Positions 16,937 to 31,040 of a stretch of 64,000 bases of DNA are shown piece after piece (the first letter of the stretch is position 1; every line of letters begins with the position of its first letter). The notes beneath the pieces were generated by a model. That model did not search any database, was not told where the DNA came from, and saw only the letters and a list, made by a program, of their open reading frames with translations. Made by a program: the position numbers and the translations under genes. Source of the stretch: Eledone cirrhosa (taxonomy: Eukaryota); the NCBI GenBank assembly GCA_964016885.1, contig OZ024740.1:241676001-241740000 (forward strand), written 5' to 3'.

Positions 16937-17059
16937 CGTAGTTTAGAAAGCCACAACAATGCAGATGGGAAATCTCGAGGTAGGAAGTAAGTGAGAAATA
17001 GGAGAAAAGTGAAAAATGAGAGAAACGAAAACAAAACAAAGGTGTGTGACGTAGTATAG

Positions 17060-17590
17060 TGAGCTGAATGAAAGCCCTTTTGATTGGAACGTAAAATGTT
17101 GTCGATGAATAGTCTGATTCTACTCAGGTGTGTCTCTGCTGCAATTCCGTAAGACTTATGCTTCTCTAATTGGTACTATTCCTGATATTCCCCATTCATC
17201 AGGCATGTGATCTTCAAGGGTTTGAATGAAAAAATCTCTCAGAAACTTGCCAGCTTTGGGTAGTTTCCATACTTCCATAGTTAGGCCAGCAAGCTCAGGA
17301 GCTTTGCCTGGTTTTATTGCCTTTAGAGTAATGTCCACTTCTTCAGCAGATAATTCAGTAATCTTTATCTCTGGATGTATCTGAAGTAATGAGTCAATCT
17401 CTACATCTTGGTCAGTCCTGAAAGTGCTCCTTCTAAGCCGCAAGACAGTTTTCTCATTGGATATATACCACATTCTTTCTCTAACCAGAAAGTATTTTTT
17501 ATCAGTCTCAAGGCTTTTCTGGGCTGTTGCTATTATTCTCAAAATCAGCCAATGTTTGGTTGACACTTTCATTGAAAATAAACTATCGGA
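17060..17590 (-). mobile_element. Degenerate LINE RT fragment (RTE-like)
   Basis: EEVDITLKAIKPGKAPELAGLTMEVWK...PDEWGISGIVPI. Confidence 0.65.
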
Positions 17591-17790
17591 GATGCGAAAT
17601 TCTTAGAAATGTAGAAATCCCCAATACAGAAAATAAGTGTAACCATAGTCGATTAGTATAAATAATAGATTAGAAAGTTGGGCTGCTGGCTATGCTTTTC
17701 CGTATATGGGGGTATTTTATCTGATATTCTAAGATATTATTTACAGTTACACACATAGACACACACACATATATTCTATTTCTCTCTCTC

Positions 17791-17854
<64 letters not shown>

Positions 17855-17866
17855 ATTTGTGTGTGT

Positions 17867-17957
<91 letters not shown>

Positions 17958-18479
17958 GAAGACGTGTAAGTCAAAAGGTTAAAATTAACTTCGTTTATTC
18001 ATATTCGGACACATATGTACTCTTTAAAAGGATGAAAATAGAAATAACATGTACGTACTATTTACTTATGATAGTTTGTATTGACGTTTATGGGCTAAAG
18101 GAATTAGGTTAGAGGTAGTTCATCCTTAGGAATACCGAATTACAGATTATAGACAGAGGGTAATTGTTGACACCCAGAAAGCAGAAATGTGTGGAGTATG
18201 TAGACACCCAGGATTGGATTCTCCAACGTATATTATCTCGCTAAACAACTAGTAGTTAGATACTTGGATTAGAACTAAGGAAGTGAAAAAGAGGGGAAGT
18301 CAGAGGAGAAGTAATGCGTGGACCCAATCGCAAAGTAAATGTTGCTATGGGATACTTTTAGATGCTAATCGAGACAAGAAGAGAGGAGAGAGAAGAGCTA
18401 GGTACAGTGGGCGGGGTTGCTGTCTCTGGAACTCAGTGTGGTAGGGCTGCTATCCATATAGATTAAGGAAAGTTCCCGT

Positions 18480-19010
18480 CCTTAGGTGTCAACATGGACC
18501 AAAGAAATCTGCCCTGCGATTGATTATATTTATTCCACCACTGAGTATCTCGAGGGTCTCACTAAGACAGAGGGGGCAAATACCAGACCCACCTTCGTCT
18601 GGAGGTACCTCTATAACTCTGGACAGACAAACGAGTATGGGGTCTTGTGCAGCTTGTCGAGTTGGAGGTTGTAACCCTGCATCGGTAAACTAAGTTTGCT
18701 AAGAGGGCATGAGACGGGGTTTCTGCAATTGCATGATGCAGTCAACCCCTGTGCGTTTACTGTGGGGTGCCCATTGGTTAATTTGGTGTGGTGTCCCTGT
18801 GACACAGGGACACTTGTAGGCTAGTGCTACTCATGCCAGTCCCGGGTCTACTGTTTACCCTCTCATTGCTCTGTTGGGTGTCTAGAGAATATGCTGATGC
18901 CTCTCTAAATGTCCTAAGTCTATTTCTATTGATACTAGCTATGTGTTCGGTTACGCTGCGTCTGGTGGAGTACGAGAGCTTCACCGTATGCCTGTTCAAG
19001 TTCTAGTTGT
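18480..19010 (-). mobile_element. Penelope-like element fragment (Nematis-like linker and GIY-YIG), degenerate
   Basis: LNRHTVKLSYSTRRSVTEHIASIN...CNCRNPVSCPL. Confidence 0.7.
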
Positions 19011-19227
19011 TTGATGAGGTCATAACTGTTGCATAATGGTTATCACCGAAATATATATAACAACGAATATTAATAAATGAAGGTAATTTTAACCTGTTGA
19101 CTTACACTTCTTGTTTTTAAATTACTCCGGAGTAAACAGACCCGCCTGTGCACTTCGTTGAGTGCTCTATCCGGCATACTGAAGTGTCGGTAATTAACTA
19201 ACACATACTCGAATTAATATGTATGTA

Positions 19228-19355
19228 TCCGAGTTCGGATCTAGCTGTCGATACGGCCGGAGCTCAACCTGACTCTTTTCCTATTACCCACTCTACTCCC
19301 CTAAGTATCGATCGAGTTCTCTGGTGCGTTATGGTTCCTTACCACACTTTCTTTG

Positions 19356-19358
<3 letters not shown>
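19228..19358 (+). repeat. Family P module, degenerate and not folded back
   Basis: Reverse complement of 57198-57335; ends in (TA)n. Confidence 0.75.
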
Positions 19359-19393
<35 letters not shown>

Positions 19394-20497
19394 AAATTTT
19401 GCTCTACATGACTGAATACAATAAATGTAATCTGAGTTTTTCGAATATTAATAATAACATTCGATTCGTTTGCAATTATGCAAATAAGCCTAATTTTTTT
19501 AGCCATGTCAGTAGAATGAACACTTCATTCTTGCTCTTGTGTTGGCACACATTTTTATATATATATATATATATATATGTATGCTTATATCTTTATCTCT
19601 GTGTGAATTAAAGAGATTTACCATCGAAAGTAAACAATATTCTGGAAGCATATATATTTTTTCATAAAGGCCAAAGATTAATTGTGCACGCGAAATTAAT
19701 CTGTTGTGATTAAACTAATATGATTATGAAACTTTGAGTACCGATCAAAACACTGGGTTAGTTGCATGTATTTCAGGTAATACCCCCTCACCCCCTCCCC
19801 ACACACATAATACAATATTCTTTCTTATAACCGTAGAACATGGTATCTTCAGGTATTTAAGGATTATTTACTATTTATATTGATTATATTATAATGATAT
19901 CCCTTGATGGGCTGATATCACAGAGATTCGGCATTGCACTTGACATGTCACAAATTAGGTATTTTTACAATAACTCTTTTCTTGTGTTTGATGTCAATAA
20001 AGTTTGCCTGTAGCACTCTTCATGGAGAGAAGATAAGAAATTGTCTTTCTGAACAGATAACTGTGAAACATGTGGAGAGAATAATAGCAGGATTTTTACA
20101 TATGCTTAAATATTCACTCGGTAGTCAATTAGTTCCTCCCGCTCCTTTTGGAGTGTGTGTGTATATGCGCGCGGGCGCATGCGTGTGTGTGTGTGTGTGC
20201 GCTATCAGCAGAGAAAATGAAATATGTTGACGTCAACCAAGGTATACTTGAGATATTTAAACTTACTAGTGTCACACTTATAATCTCTCGTCACTCTCAA
20301 CGTCAGAAATGCAATGAACCAATGATTAACGCACTGGAAACTTATAAACAGCGATGCTGTGTTCACCAAGTGCTCTATACAATTAAAATGTATGTATGTA
20401 TGTATGTATGTATGTATGTATGTATGTATGTATGTATGTATGTATGTATGTATGTATGTATCTATGTATGTGTGTATCTATGTATGTATGTATATAC

Positions 20498-21430
20498 GAA
20501 GCTCCGATTCAAAGATTGTGTAAAGGACTCATTGAAGAAAACTGGTTTGATGGTGGCTGACTGGAAGACAGAAGCTCTTGAAAGAGAAACTTGGCGTGGA
20601 ATGGTGAATGATGGGGTCCATAGTTTGGAGGACAGACGCATAGAGCACGAGAAGATCAAACGGGATGTGCCCTGGTGTATCTCTCGGAATGATCTGTATC
20701 TCCATTGAATTGGCTTGACCTGAGTGGAAAGATTTGCTTGAACAAATCTGGTCTCAGGAGCCACAGTCACAGCCATGTTCAAAGAGAAACAGTGAATTGT
20801 GATCTCCATGGTATTGTGAAAGTTCACAAGCAACCTGATGCAATACCTGATGCCACTTGTCGTCACATGGTACCATGTGCCCAGCACTATGTGTCAATGA
20901 TTGTCACAAGTGTAGTGTTTGTACCAGAGTTTTCAAGTCGCTGGCTGGACTAAAAAGTCACACTCGTTCAGTGCATCGGTAGGGGTTCTCCTACATGAAT
21001 ATAAAGTAGTGGCCATACTCGAAAACGAGTTGGCAGCTACCATGTATGTATGTATGTATGTGAGTGTGTTTATGTTTGTGCTTATGCACCTTTTCATTTC
21101 AAACACATTTTGGTCATCATTTGCCGGTACGTAGTATATTCTGTAAGAAAGTTGTGTTCATATATAATTGTTTTTACTTTTGGCACAAGGCCAGCAATTA
21201 CCCAGTGCTTTACTGGTACTTTATTTTATCGACTCCGTAAGGAAGAAAGGCAAAGTTAACCTCGGCGGGATTTAAACTCAGAATAGCAAGCCGTAACTCT
21301 ATGCGTTGATATACTCTCGTCCAGTCTGGCCGTCCAGTGACTCCGAATGAGAGCTTACACAGCACTTGATGTCCCGCTAGGCCTATAGCAGCAGGGAAAC
21401 CGGGTTTAATAGCGATTATCATGGTCATGG
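20498..21430. repeat. Composite trailer duplicated with 1655-3186
   Basis: Same order of RTE fragment, repeat end, (TATG)n, SINE and unique-looking spacers. Confidence 0.85.
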
Positions 21431-21543
21431 TGTATGTATGTATGTATGTATGTATGTATGTATGTATGTATGTATGTATGTATGTATGTATGTTTGTATG
21501 TATGTATGTATGTATGTTTGTATGTATGTATGTATGTATGTAT

Positions 21544-24500
21544 GTTCTGGTTTTATAATTTCACAAAGTTTTACCAATAGAGAGAGAGTCGGTTTCCAAC
21601 ATAGACACAAGACTCTCTCGTTGGAATTTACACAACATCAACTAGGTAGATATGTATGCATGCATGTGTAGATATGGATGTTATTGTATGTGTGGATGTG
21701 TATGTTTTAAGTTGTGTGTGCATGTGTATATGCTTTGTATCTGTACATGTGTTTATGCAGTTATTAGATGCAATATTTTTGGAATGTTTTACATATTTTT
21801 ACTGTTCCATTAATGGATTGTACTTGTAATTTCCTAACTAGTTGTGTTCTTTCTGTTCCTGTGAAGCCTAGCTTCTCAAGATTTGTATTGAGGCAGTTAC
21901 TAACATATCCCAGTGCCACAATAATCACAGGCATACATCTGAAGGTGTAATCTGGTTGGAGTATCTGCAGATTTCTCATCAGGTCTGCATAAATATTCTC
22001 CTTTTCACTAATCTTTGATATTATATTGGCATCTGCTGGGTAGCTAATTTCCACTACTGCGCATGTTTTCTTCTCCCTGTCCCATATAATATCTGTTCTG
22101 TTATGCCTGCATTTTATTGGGGTTTTTACTGGAACATTCCACCAGTACTCTTTCATATTATGTACATGGATATCTTCCACATTGTTGCAGCTTTTAATGT
22201 GTTTATTATCGGGGCTATCTTTTTTACCACTACATCATGCCTCATAGGTAGATAGTACCGCGATGACATCTTTGGATAGCTGCTGATGACATGGGTGATA
22301 TCCTCGATGTTAGTTCTGCAGAGTCTGCACTTGTTATCACATCTAGGTGTTTTGCCTGCATCCCTATCTCTTTTGTGAATCATGCATTTCGTGCTAATCT
22401 CCTGTTCCTGGATTGCAAAAGCGTACCCTTCAAAGTGGGAGTCAATATAGCGGTTGTTGGTCCAATATAGACTACTTTCCTTATGTATATTACTCTCACT
22501 CTGGAGTTTCCTGGCAACATATCCATGTATGATTTTTTGCTGATAAGCATGCAGTTTTTCATCCATAGATTCACTGCGAAACTGCTGAGTTTGAATTTTG
22601 TTTATTATCACAAAGGGAATATCTCTCAAGGAGTTCCTTCCCAACTCTCATGATCTTATCTGTTTCATGCAGATAGACTTTCTTGAGAAACGGGCTCCTA
22701 CGCTTCGAGGTTCGTAGATGTTGTCGAAGATATATAATGCGACATTCAAATGTTGTCTGGACTGATGTTAGGCCTCTCCCTCCCTTCTTACGTTTCAGGT
22801 AAAGGCGGTCTATGTCACTGTTGGTGTGTAAGTTTCCGGTGTTGTTCAGTATTTTTCGAGTTCCAACATCAACTGGTCGGATTTCGTCTATCGTCCAATT
22901 GAGTATTCCAAACGTTGGTGTTAGGACAGGCACAGCAAACACATCGCGAGCCCCTGTTTTGTTTTGCGCAGAGAGTTCCGATGATCAGATCTTTCTTAAT
23001 CGGGTGTAGTATACCCTGGTTACGAGTTCATTATTACAGATATCATTATAGGATATGTTCTCATCTATCCCCAGGTATCTGTAGCAGTCCTCATCAGATA
23101 TCGGTGAAACAGTTAGGCCATTGATGACAATGTTGCTAGATTGGGTTGTTGCTCTTCCCGTTTTACAGTCATGTATGAGCATTTATCTTGGCCAAACTCC
23201 ATTCCTATATCCTTTGAGAACGTTGTAACCAGATCAAGATTTTTCTTCATCCCATCCATGTTCTTGGCATAGAGTTTCAGATCGTCCACAAAGAAATTAT
23301 GGGTTAGGTTCGTATTTCTGTCCTCCTGTGAGCCCATTATGTATCCCTCACATTTCTTGAGCAGAAAGGACAAGGAGTTTAATGACAAGATGAATAATAT
23401 CACAGAGAGACTGTCCCCCTGAAATATACCCCTGCAATATTTTATTTTATCAGTGAAAATAGAGTCCTCCCTCTCTGTCTTTAACCTTAGGATAGTAGCC
23501 CAAGAAGAAGACAGCCTCTCTATGGCTCTGACAATAATGTCTGGGACTTTAGCAAGCTGGAGGGCCTCTATCATCCAAGAGTGGGGAACATAATCGAAAG
23601 CTTTCCTGTAGTCTAGCCAGACTGTAGTCATATTCATTCTAAGTTGTCACACCTCCGACATTGGAGTTCTGTTGATTAGGAGTGTTCAGCACATCCCCAA
23701 ACCCCTTTCTTTCCAGCTGTTTGTTCATCTGTGATGATGTTATTATTTCACAGTGATCTTGGAGGAATAGGTTCAGGCTGTATACATCTTATACATCAGG
23801 TTCTGGCATGCAATGGGTCGGTAGTTTTTTGCCAAGTGGGTGTCTTTGTTCTTGGGGACCAGTAATGTTTGTGCTAATGTCAACCATTCTGGTATAAGTG
23901 TATCTCCCTTAAGAACTTGTTGGTAGAGGTCAGTAAGATACCTCCGATAGAATATCAGTTTTTTGTACCAGTAGCCGACAATCATGTCTCTTCCTGGTGT
24001 TTTCTTCTCTTGGAGTTTTCCTGTCACAGTCTCAAGGGTACCCTCACTTATTTCGTATGTTTTTGTTGTAGCAATAGTTCTTTGGGATTTCTCTTAGCCA
24101 CACTGCATCTTGGTTGAAATTCTTCTATTCACCCCATATTCTGCTCCAAAAGGAATCTATGTCTTTCTGGGATGGGGCCTCAGTGACACTTTTTTTATGC
24201 CCTTCATATCTCTATAGACTGATGTTTGGTTTCGTCTGAATCTTTTATTAAGCACTTTTCTCTCATCTACCTTCTTCAGGTATCGGCGTTTTTCGCTAAC
24301 AGCTCTCAATTCTTGTTTGAGGGTGATCAGCTTATATTGGAGAGTTCTGGTTCTACTGTTACCAAACATCGTCTCTATTTTATTTTTCATTCTTTGTTGG
24401 TGAGGAGTGAGGTTTTTTGTGTTTGTTTGCATGTAAGGAGCATTGTCACATGTCCTATGTTTTTTCGTAGGTCAGCAATCTTTTTTTCTATTTTAGTTAT

Positions 24501-24990
24501 ACATGATGGTATTTTTGGTGGTGTTTTGTTCTTGTTAATATCTCTGCTATCAACAAGATAATGCTTCACTGTCGTTGCTAGGGCATATAAACAGGCATTG
24601 ATTTGCCAAAATGTTGGGGTTTTTATCTGTCGTAAATATTCATCCCCTATTTCGTCAATAACACGTAATATTTCATTATTTGGCATTTCGTCCCAGTGTA
24701 GCTTCATTCTATTCATATAGTCAACGGAGGGATTGTTTTTTGCCATTTTATAACAATTAAATAAATCATTATTAAGTTTGCAACTCCAAGAGAAATGCGA
24801 TTTATAATTTCGGTTTCTTCTGTAGCTACAACTGAATAAAGTTTGATTACCTTCCTTGTTCTTTGTCTTCGGTACTTCCTTAATTTTTTTGTTGATGTTG
24901 TGTTCAGCCATGCTGTCGGAGATAGTATTCATCTTAAATTTAATAGATAGTCTCCCACGCCAAAATATGCGACTGATCGCGTTGACTGTA
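21544..24990 (-). mobile_element. RLE-type LINE family A copy 2 (longer 5' end)
   Basis: WLDYRKAFD, GIFQGDSLS, FVDDLKLY, CRLC..EDITHVISS, HNRTDIIWD; highly similar to 3325-6358; flanked by (TGTA)n. Confidence 0.92.
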
Positions 24991-25102
24991 TTATGTATGC
25001 ATGCATGCATGCATGTATGTATGTATGTATGTATGTATGTATGTATGTATGTATGTATGTATGTATGTATGTATGTATGTATGTATGTATGTATGTATGT
25101 AT

Positions 25103-26566
25103 GTTATCTCTTTCTCTTAATTTCGAGTATATTTTTTTGACCGGCCACCTTCCTGGTGGCAAGGTTGTAAAAGAAAAGAAATTGTCATCCCTTGAATCGC
25201 AAGAATGTTTTGCAAATTTTGAAGGTGCCAGCTATCGCAGCCATTTGTAGACTATGAATTAGGGAGCTGCGCTTTTTGTCCGCAAATCCAAGTTCAGTCA
25301 TACTTTGGTCCAAGTGGGTTGGTATATAACCCGTAGCTCCAATAATGATGGGTATGAAGCTAAAGGTGTAACTTAGATTCTGGATTTGTAAACTCCTCAT
25401 CAATGGTCCGTAGATGTCCTCCTTCTCCTGTATTTTTCTGACAACATTTATATAAAGTGAACAGCTGATCTCCACAACAGAACACGTTTTCAATGTGTGG
25501 TCCCAAACAACAATATCAGGCCGGTTGTGCTTTAATTTGGTGGCAGTTTTTATTTTCAGGTTCCACTAGTATTCCTTAGTGCCATCTGTCTCAATATATT
25601 CTCCCTCGTTTGTTGTTAATTTTGTTTTCCGAAGTGCGTTCCAGATGGTTCTAGCTATCCCATCGTGTCTCATGGGAGGTAGTAGCGAGATGACATTCTT
25701 TCGCAGCTGGCAACAATGTGGCTTACATCCTCGATCTTTGTTTTACATAGCCTACATTTATTGTCAGCTGCTGGCCCTCCCCTTTTGTGCAGCAGATATT
25801 TGGTAGGGAGTTCTTGTTCCTGTATTGCATAGAGATATCCCCCAAGGTGTGATGTCATAAAGTTGTCGGAACTCCATGCCAGGCTTTTTGAGTGGTTTAT
25901 CCCCTCTATGGTCTGTGTTTTACGTCTTAAGTATCCATGCACAACTTTTTCTGTAAATTGGTCAATTTTTTTTATCTTGTTTGAACATTGTATATGATCT
26001 TCCGATTTCTCTGGGTGAGAGATTTATATCAGGCTTTATTCCAAATCTCTCCTCCAGATCAGTCGCTATTCTAATGATATTTTTTTTTTCATGCTCATAA
26101 ACCTGGGCAAGATAGTTGCCAACCTTTTTCCCCTGTTGAAGGTGTTGCTTCAGTGTTATTATCCGGGTCTCATATGTTGTTAATATGGATTTTACACCCC
26201 GGCCACCTTCATTGCGTGAGAAGTATAGCCTATCCACATCACCATTGATGTTAAAGTTCCCAGTAACACTGAGAAGTTTGCGAGTTCTAACATCCATCTC
26301 ACCTAGTTCTTGCAATGACAAGTTCAGCAGGTCAAATGTGGCGTTAGAATTGGCACAGCATAAGCATTGTGGGAAATGTATTTGTTGTACGCTGACAGTT
26401 CTGATGACCATATTTTCTTTACTCTTCTGAGGTATTCAGTTCTGGTTCTCTCCTTATTTATGGGTCCATCATATCTGACATTCTCATCCTGTCCAAGATA
26501 TCTGTAGTTGTCACCTGACTGTAGAGGTTGTATTGTCAGGCCGTTCATCTCTAGATTTCTAGAAGA
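25103..26566 (-). mobile_element. RLE-type LINE family B, 5'-truncated
   Basis: YRYLGQDE, DVDRLY..RNEGGRG, CRLCK..EDVSHIVASC, HNRPDIVVWD; related to but distinct from family A; flanked by (TGTA)n. Confidence 0.88.
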
Positions 26567-26644
26567 TGTATGTATGTATGTATGTATGTATGTATGTATG
26601 TATGTATGTATGTATGTATGTATGTATGTATGTATGTATGTATA

Positions 26645-26988
26645 TTCTTCTGGTTTTATAATTTCACAAAGTTTTACCAATAGAGAGAGAGTCGGTTTCT
26701 AACATAGACAAGACTCTCTCATTGGAATTTACACAACATCAACTAGGTAGATATGTATGTATGTCTGCATGCATGTGTAGATTTGGATGTTATTGTATGT
26801 GTGGATGTGTATGTTTTGAGTTGTATGTGTGCATGTGTATATGCTTTGTATCTGTACATGTGTATATGTAGTTATTAGATGCAACATTTTTGGAATGTTT
26901 TACATATTTTTACTGTTCCCTTAATGGATTGTACTTGTAGTTTCTTAACTAGTTGTGTTCTTTCTGTTCCTGTGAAGCCTAGCTTCTC
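26645..26988 (-). mobile_element. RLE LINE family A extreme 3' fragment
   Basis: EKLGFTGTERTQLV...KICKTFQK plus 3' UTR matching copies 1 and 2. Confidence 0.88.
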
Positions 26989-27550
26989 TATGTATGTATG
27001 TATGTATGTATGTATGTATGTATGTATGTATGTATGTATGTATGTATGTATGTGTGTATGTATGTATGTATACAAATATACCAGCAATGAGAAATACACA
27101 AAAATCACCCAATAATATTTCCGCTAAAAGATTTGGCTTTCTGCCCAGTTCAGAAATCTTGTTCTGTGAAAGGATGCAGTGTTAGTGAATACTTTAGAGT
27201 ATCTTGTTTCTTATAAACGATCTGAGTTCAAATTTTGCCAAGATCGATACATTAAGTATCAATAACATTCTAGATCCGATTTAATCGATTACACACGTTT
27301 CATTTGCTCAAACTGTGTTTATTCCACTTACCTTGAAGAATTGTGTTAAAAGGAGTAGAGAAAAAACACCTTGATTCGTTTATACTTTTGTAGATTTACA
27401 TAATCAGTTGAGTGTCGAACAAATTGCCTTGCAATATTTAGTTACGGTAATAATAGTTCTGAGTTCAAATCTTGCCGAGGTTAACTTTGCCTATTATCTT
27501 TCAGGAGTTGATAAAATAAAGTCTCAGTGAAGTACTGGAGTGATATATAT

Positions 27551-27812
27551 CAGTGGTCCCCAACATTTTTGTGCCATGGACCAGTGTCATGCAAGACAAT
27601 TTCCCCTCAGACCTAGGGGAAGTCGGTGTCGGTCACGCACATAACAAAACAAAATTATCAATAAAGTGTGTATTATATACATTTATACTGTAAATGTGGC
27701 TCAACTCAACAAAAGGTAGACTGCGATAGTCAATAAAATGGAAAAAAGTTTTTTATTCTTTCTGTGCGATCCTTTACCAAATGGTCCACGGTCCAGTGGT
27801 TGAGGACCGCTG
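27551..27812. mobile_element. hAT (Charlie-like) MITE
   Basis: TIRs CAGTGGTCCCCAAC / GTTGAGGACCGCTG; 8-bp ATATATAT on both sides as TSD; inserted in a SINE tail (27410-27545). Confidence 0.8.
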
Positions 27813-28565
27813 ATATATATAACTATATCCCTTTCCTGAATTTGAAACTAGAATAGTTATTGTCAATCTACATGAAATGAGCCACGAAGTAGCTAGAGGA
27901 ATGAGGTGTTACCTTTTTGGCTAAAGATAAAAAGGTTTTATCCCGTCACTGCCGTTGATTAAGGTACTAACCGATCTATGGACGTATCTACTGGCTACAA
28001 AGTCCACTAGAAATAGCAGCTAAATGTCACTGAAACCGTCGACTCATAAAAGGAATACATTGAGTAATTGACATATGTGCGTCTCAAGTGTAACAATTGA
28101 AACAACTGTAAAATCTCTAATCATAAGCATCCTTCGTTCGGTTTAATATCGGGTTAAATAGACGACTCCCCCCCTCCAACATTGATCCTGGCTGGAGTGT
28201 TAATATGAACTGAGAACGAAATAACTTCAATAATAATATTACTACATCCCATGAAAACTGGCGAGTAATTTAGTTGTTTACAGTTTTGATATCGAGTCCT
28301 CTACTATAAAACTGAAAATACAAATATTTGTTATTGTAATCCTATAATCCTTGCACATGAATAAATATTCTAAACACCTGGAGCTTTCTCACCAGCAGTG
28401 TCTACGATGAATATCATATATATGTTTCCGTATATATACTTGAGACACTATTGGGGTGATGTTTAGGTCTCATAAATTGTGGATATTTTAACCCTAACTG
28501 TTCTTTTGTAATATACACACTGAGGTACTCAGATATTGGTATTTTTCAGTTAACCTGCTAATATG

Positions 28566-28611
<46 letters not shown>

Positions 28612-28852
28612 CATATATATATATGTATATTGAAATATCATTCTTATCTTTAATCACTTCCACGTGTCAACATAACGTATTCAACATAACGTATAGAGTT
28701 CCTTTTATGCAAATAATTAAATTGCAAAATGCAAATTTTCCAGTTTATATGATTGTTTATATCCGGTAAACCCGGTACGTATGAAATACCAACATATACA
28801 TACATTCAACGTTATTGCCATTAATTTCAACGACACGAGTTCAACACACACG

Positions 28853-28953
<101 letters not shown>

Positions 28954-29447
28954 TATATGTGTATATATATATATATATATATGTATATATTTGCATTTTC
29001 GATTTCATCTTTTTTCCTTATACTTTCACTCTTGTAGGACACCTCGGTTATTTTTCATTTTGTAAAAAAAAACCCTCACTTTCTAATATATACATATACA
29101 TATATATATATATATATATATATGCTAGGCAACCATGATGGCGTAGGAGAGGCACAAAAACAAAGAAAAGAATCCCCAGTCTCTGAAGAGGTCACAGAAT
29201 GTATGACGAAAGAACTTTGACAATATATGAACAACCGTCCGGTTGTGGAACCAACCAACCAACCAACCGGAAATTTATAAATTCTTAAATTTATAAATTT
29301 AATTTATAATAAATTGGAGTGAAGCAACTGGTGCGTGTGTTTCTTATTGGCCACATAACCCTTCCAAAGTATAACAATATCGGTTTCAACACACGTTTTC
29401 AGATAAAGAATCTTGCTAAACAAATTCAGAAACGAAATATATATGTA

Positions 29448-29579
<132 letters not shown>

Positions 29580-30205
29580 CAAGAAACACCATTTTACAAT
29601 CTTCCAAATACTTCGTGGTTATTGTACGTGAAATTTCTAATCACTAATTTAATAACAAATTATTATATAGTCTAATTAGATATATGAGAAGAGATAAATA
29701 AAACAACGCATACATTAATTATATACAGCCAGAAACATAATATATGAAGAGAAAGAAGTAATAATATAAAAGGAAGAATACGAATACATTACACGTTCAT
29801 CTTGACAGTATACATCAGAAACGATTATCACACTTAAACAGTGTCTTCAATTCAGAAGCTAAAACCTACAGTAGTCTAGAAATGAAATGAAAAATGACAG
29901 ACTTAAAGAAAGAAATTGCTAAGAAATAAAATTGAGGTACAGGGAGTACAAAAAATATTGCGAGTGGAAGATAAATAAAAAGATGGAAGATGAAGCTGAA
30001 TGGCAGGAAAATAGGGGAAAATGACAGATGGAGGGGAACGAAAGTAAATATGATAAAAAGGAAAGAGGGAGGGAAAGATGAGAAAAAACATGATAAATGT
30101 GGATGTATTCATATGTGTCTATATATACACACATCTCTTTCTCTGTATCTCTCTCTGTCTGTTTGTCTGCCTGCCTCTCTCTCACTCTCTCTCTCTCACA
30201 CACAC

Positions 30206-30265
<60 letters not shown>

Positions 30266-30266
<1 letters not shown>

Positions 30267-30540
30267 CGAATGAAATGTGGTAAGGAACCAGGTGGACCAT
30301 AACGCACCAAAGTACTCAATACTTAGGGTAGTAGAGTGGGTAATAGGAACAAGTAAGACCCCGACGGCTGAGCTCAAGCCGTTTCGACGGCTAATTCTGT
30401 ACTGAATTAGCCGTCGAAACGGCTTGAGCTCAGCCGTCGGGGTCTTACTTGTTCCTATATATATATATATATATATATAGGAGTAAGTAAGACCCCGACG
30501 GCTGAGCTCAAGCCGTTTCGATGGCTAATTCTGTACTAAT
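30266..30540 (-). repeat. Family P fold-back module copy 2 plus a third half-arm
   Basis: Perfect 55-bp arms 30343-30397 / 30404-30458; extra arm 30477-30540 between TA tracts. Confidence 0.9.
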
Positions 30541-30802
30541 ATATATATAGGGCTGGAAAGGTTCTTTTCAGTGGCTGATAATACCTTACCGGCGCCACTC
30601 GAATAAGGTAATTATTTAACCCATAAATAAATGGGGCCCTAACAGGTATGACAACTCCAGTCCAGAGCACACCTGGGAGTGATAACAACTAAGGGGTAAC
30701 TCCACATTCCCCACAGCTCCTGAACTCTAGAACTGGAGCCTTGCCACTGGATGCAGTTTAATATCATACCCAGTACACACATACACACACACACACACAC
30801 AT

Positions 30803-30844
<42 letters not shown>

Positions 30845-30845
30845 G

Positions 30846-31040
30846 AGTTGACATTGCACTCAGTGCTCCTGTGGGAGCCCCTGCATGGACACACTGGAAG
30901 AGGAGGACCAAGGTTAACGTAAGTTGATGCCCAAAGGACAGAAACAGGTCTGTTGGAGACGCAGGGCATGGCAGCGATAATGAGGGACAGAGACCGTGGA
31001 GAGAACTCGTTCATGGATCTCGGGAATTTTACCCGCCCTA
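30846..31040 (+). mobile_element. RTE-type LINE 3' end
   Basis: LHSVLLWEPLHGHTGRGGPRLT; same family as 43180-43432. Confidence 0.7.
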
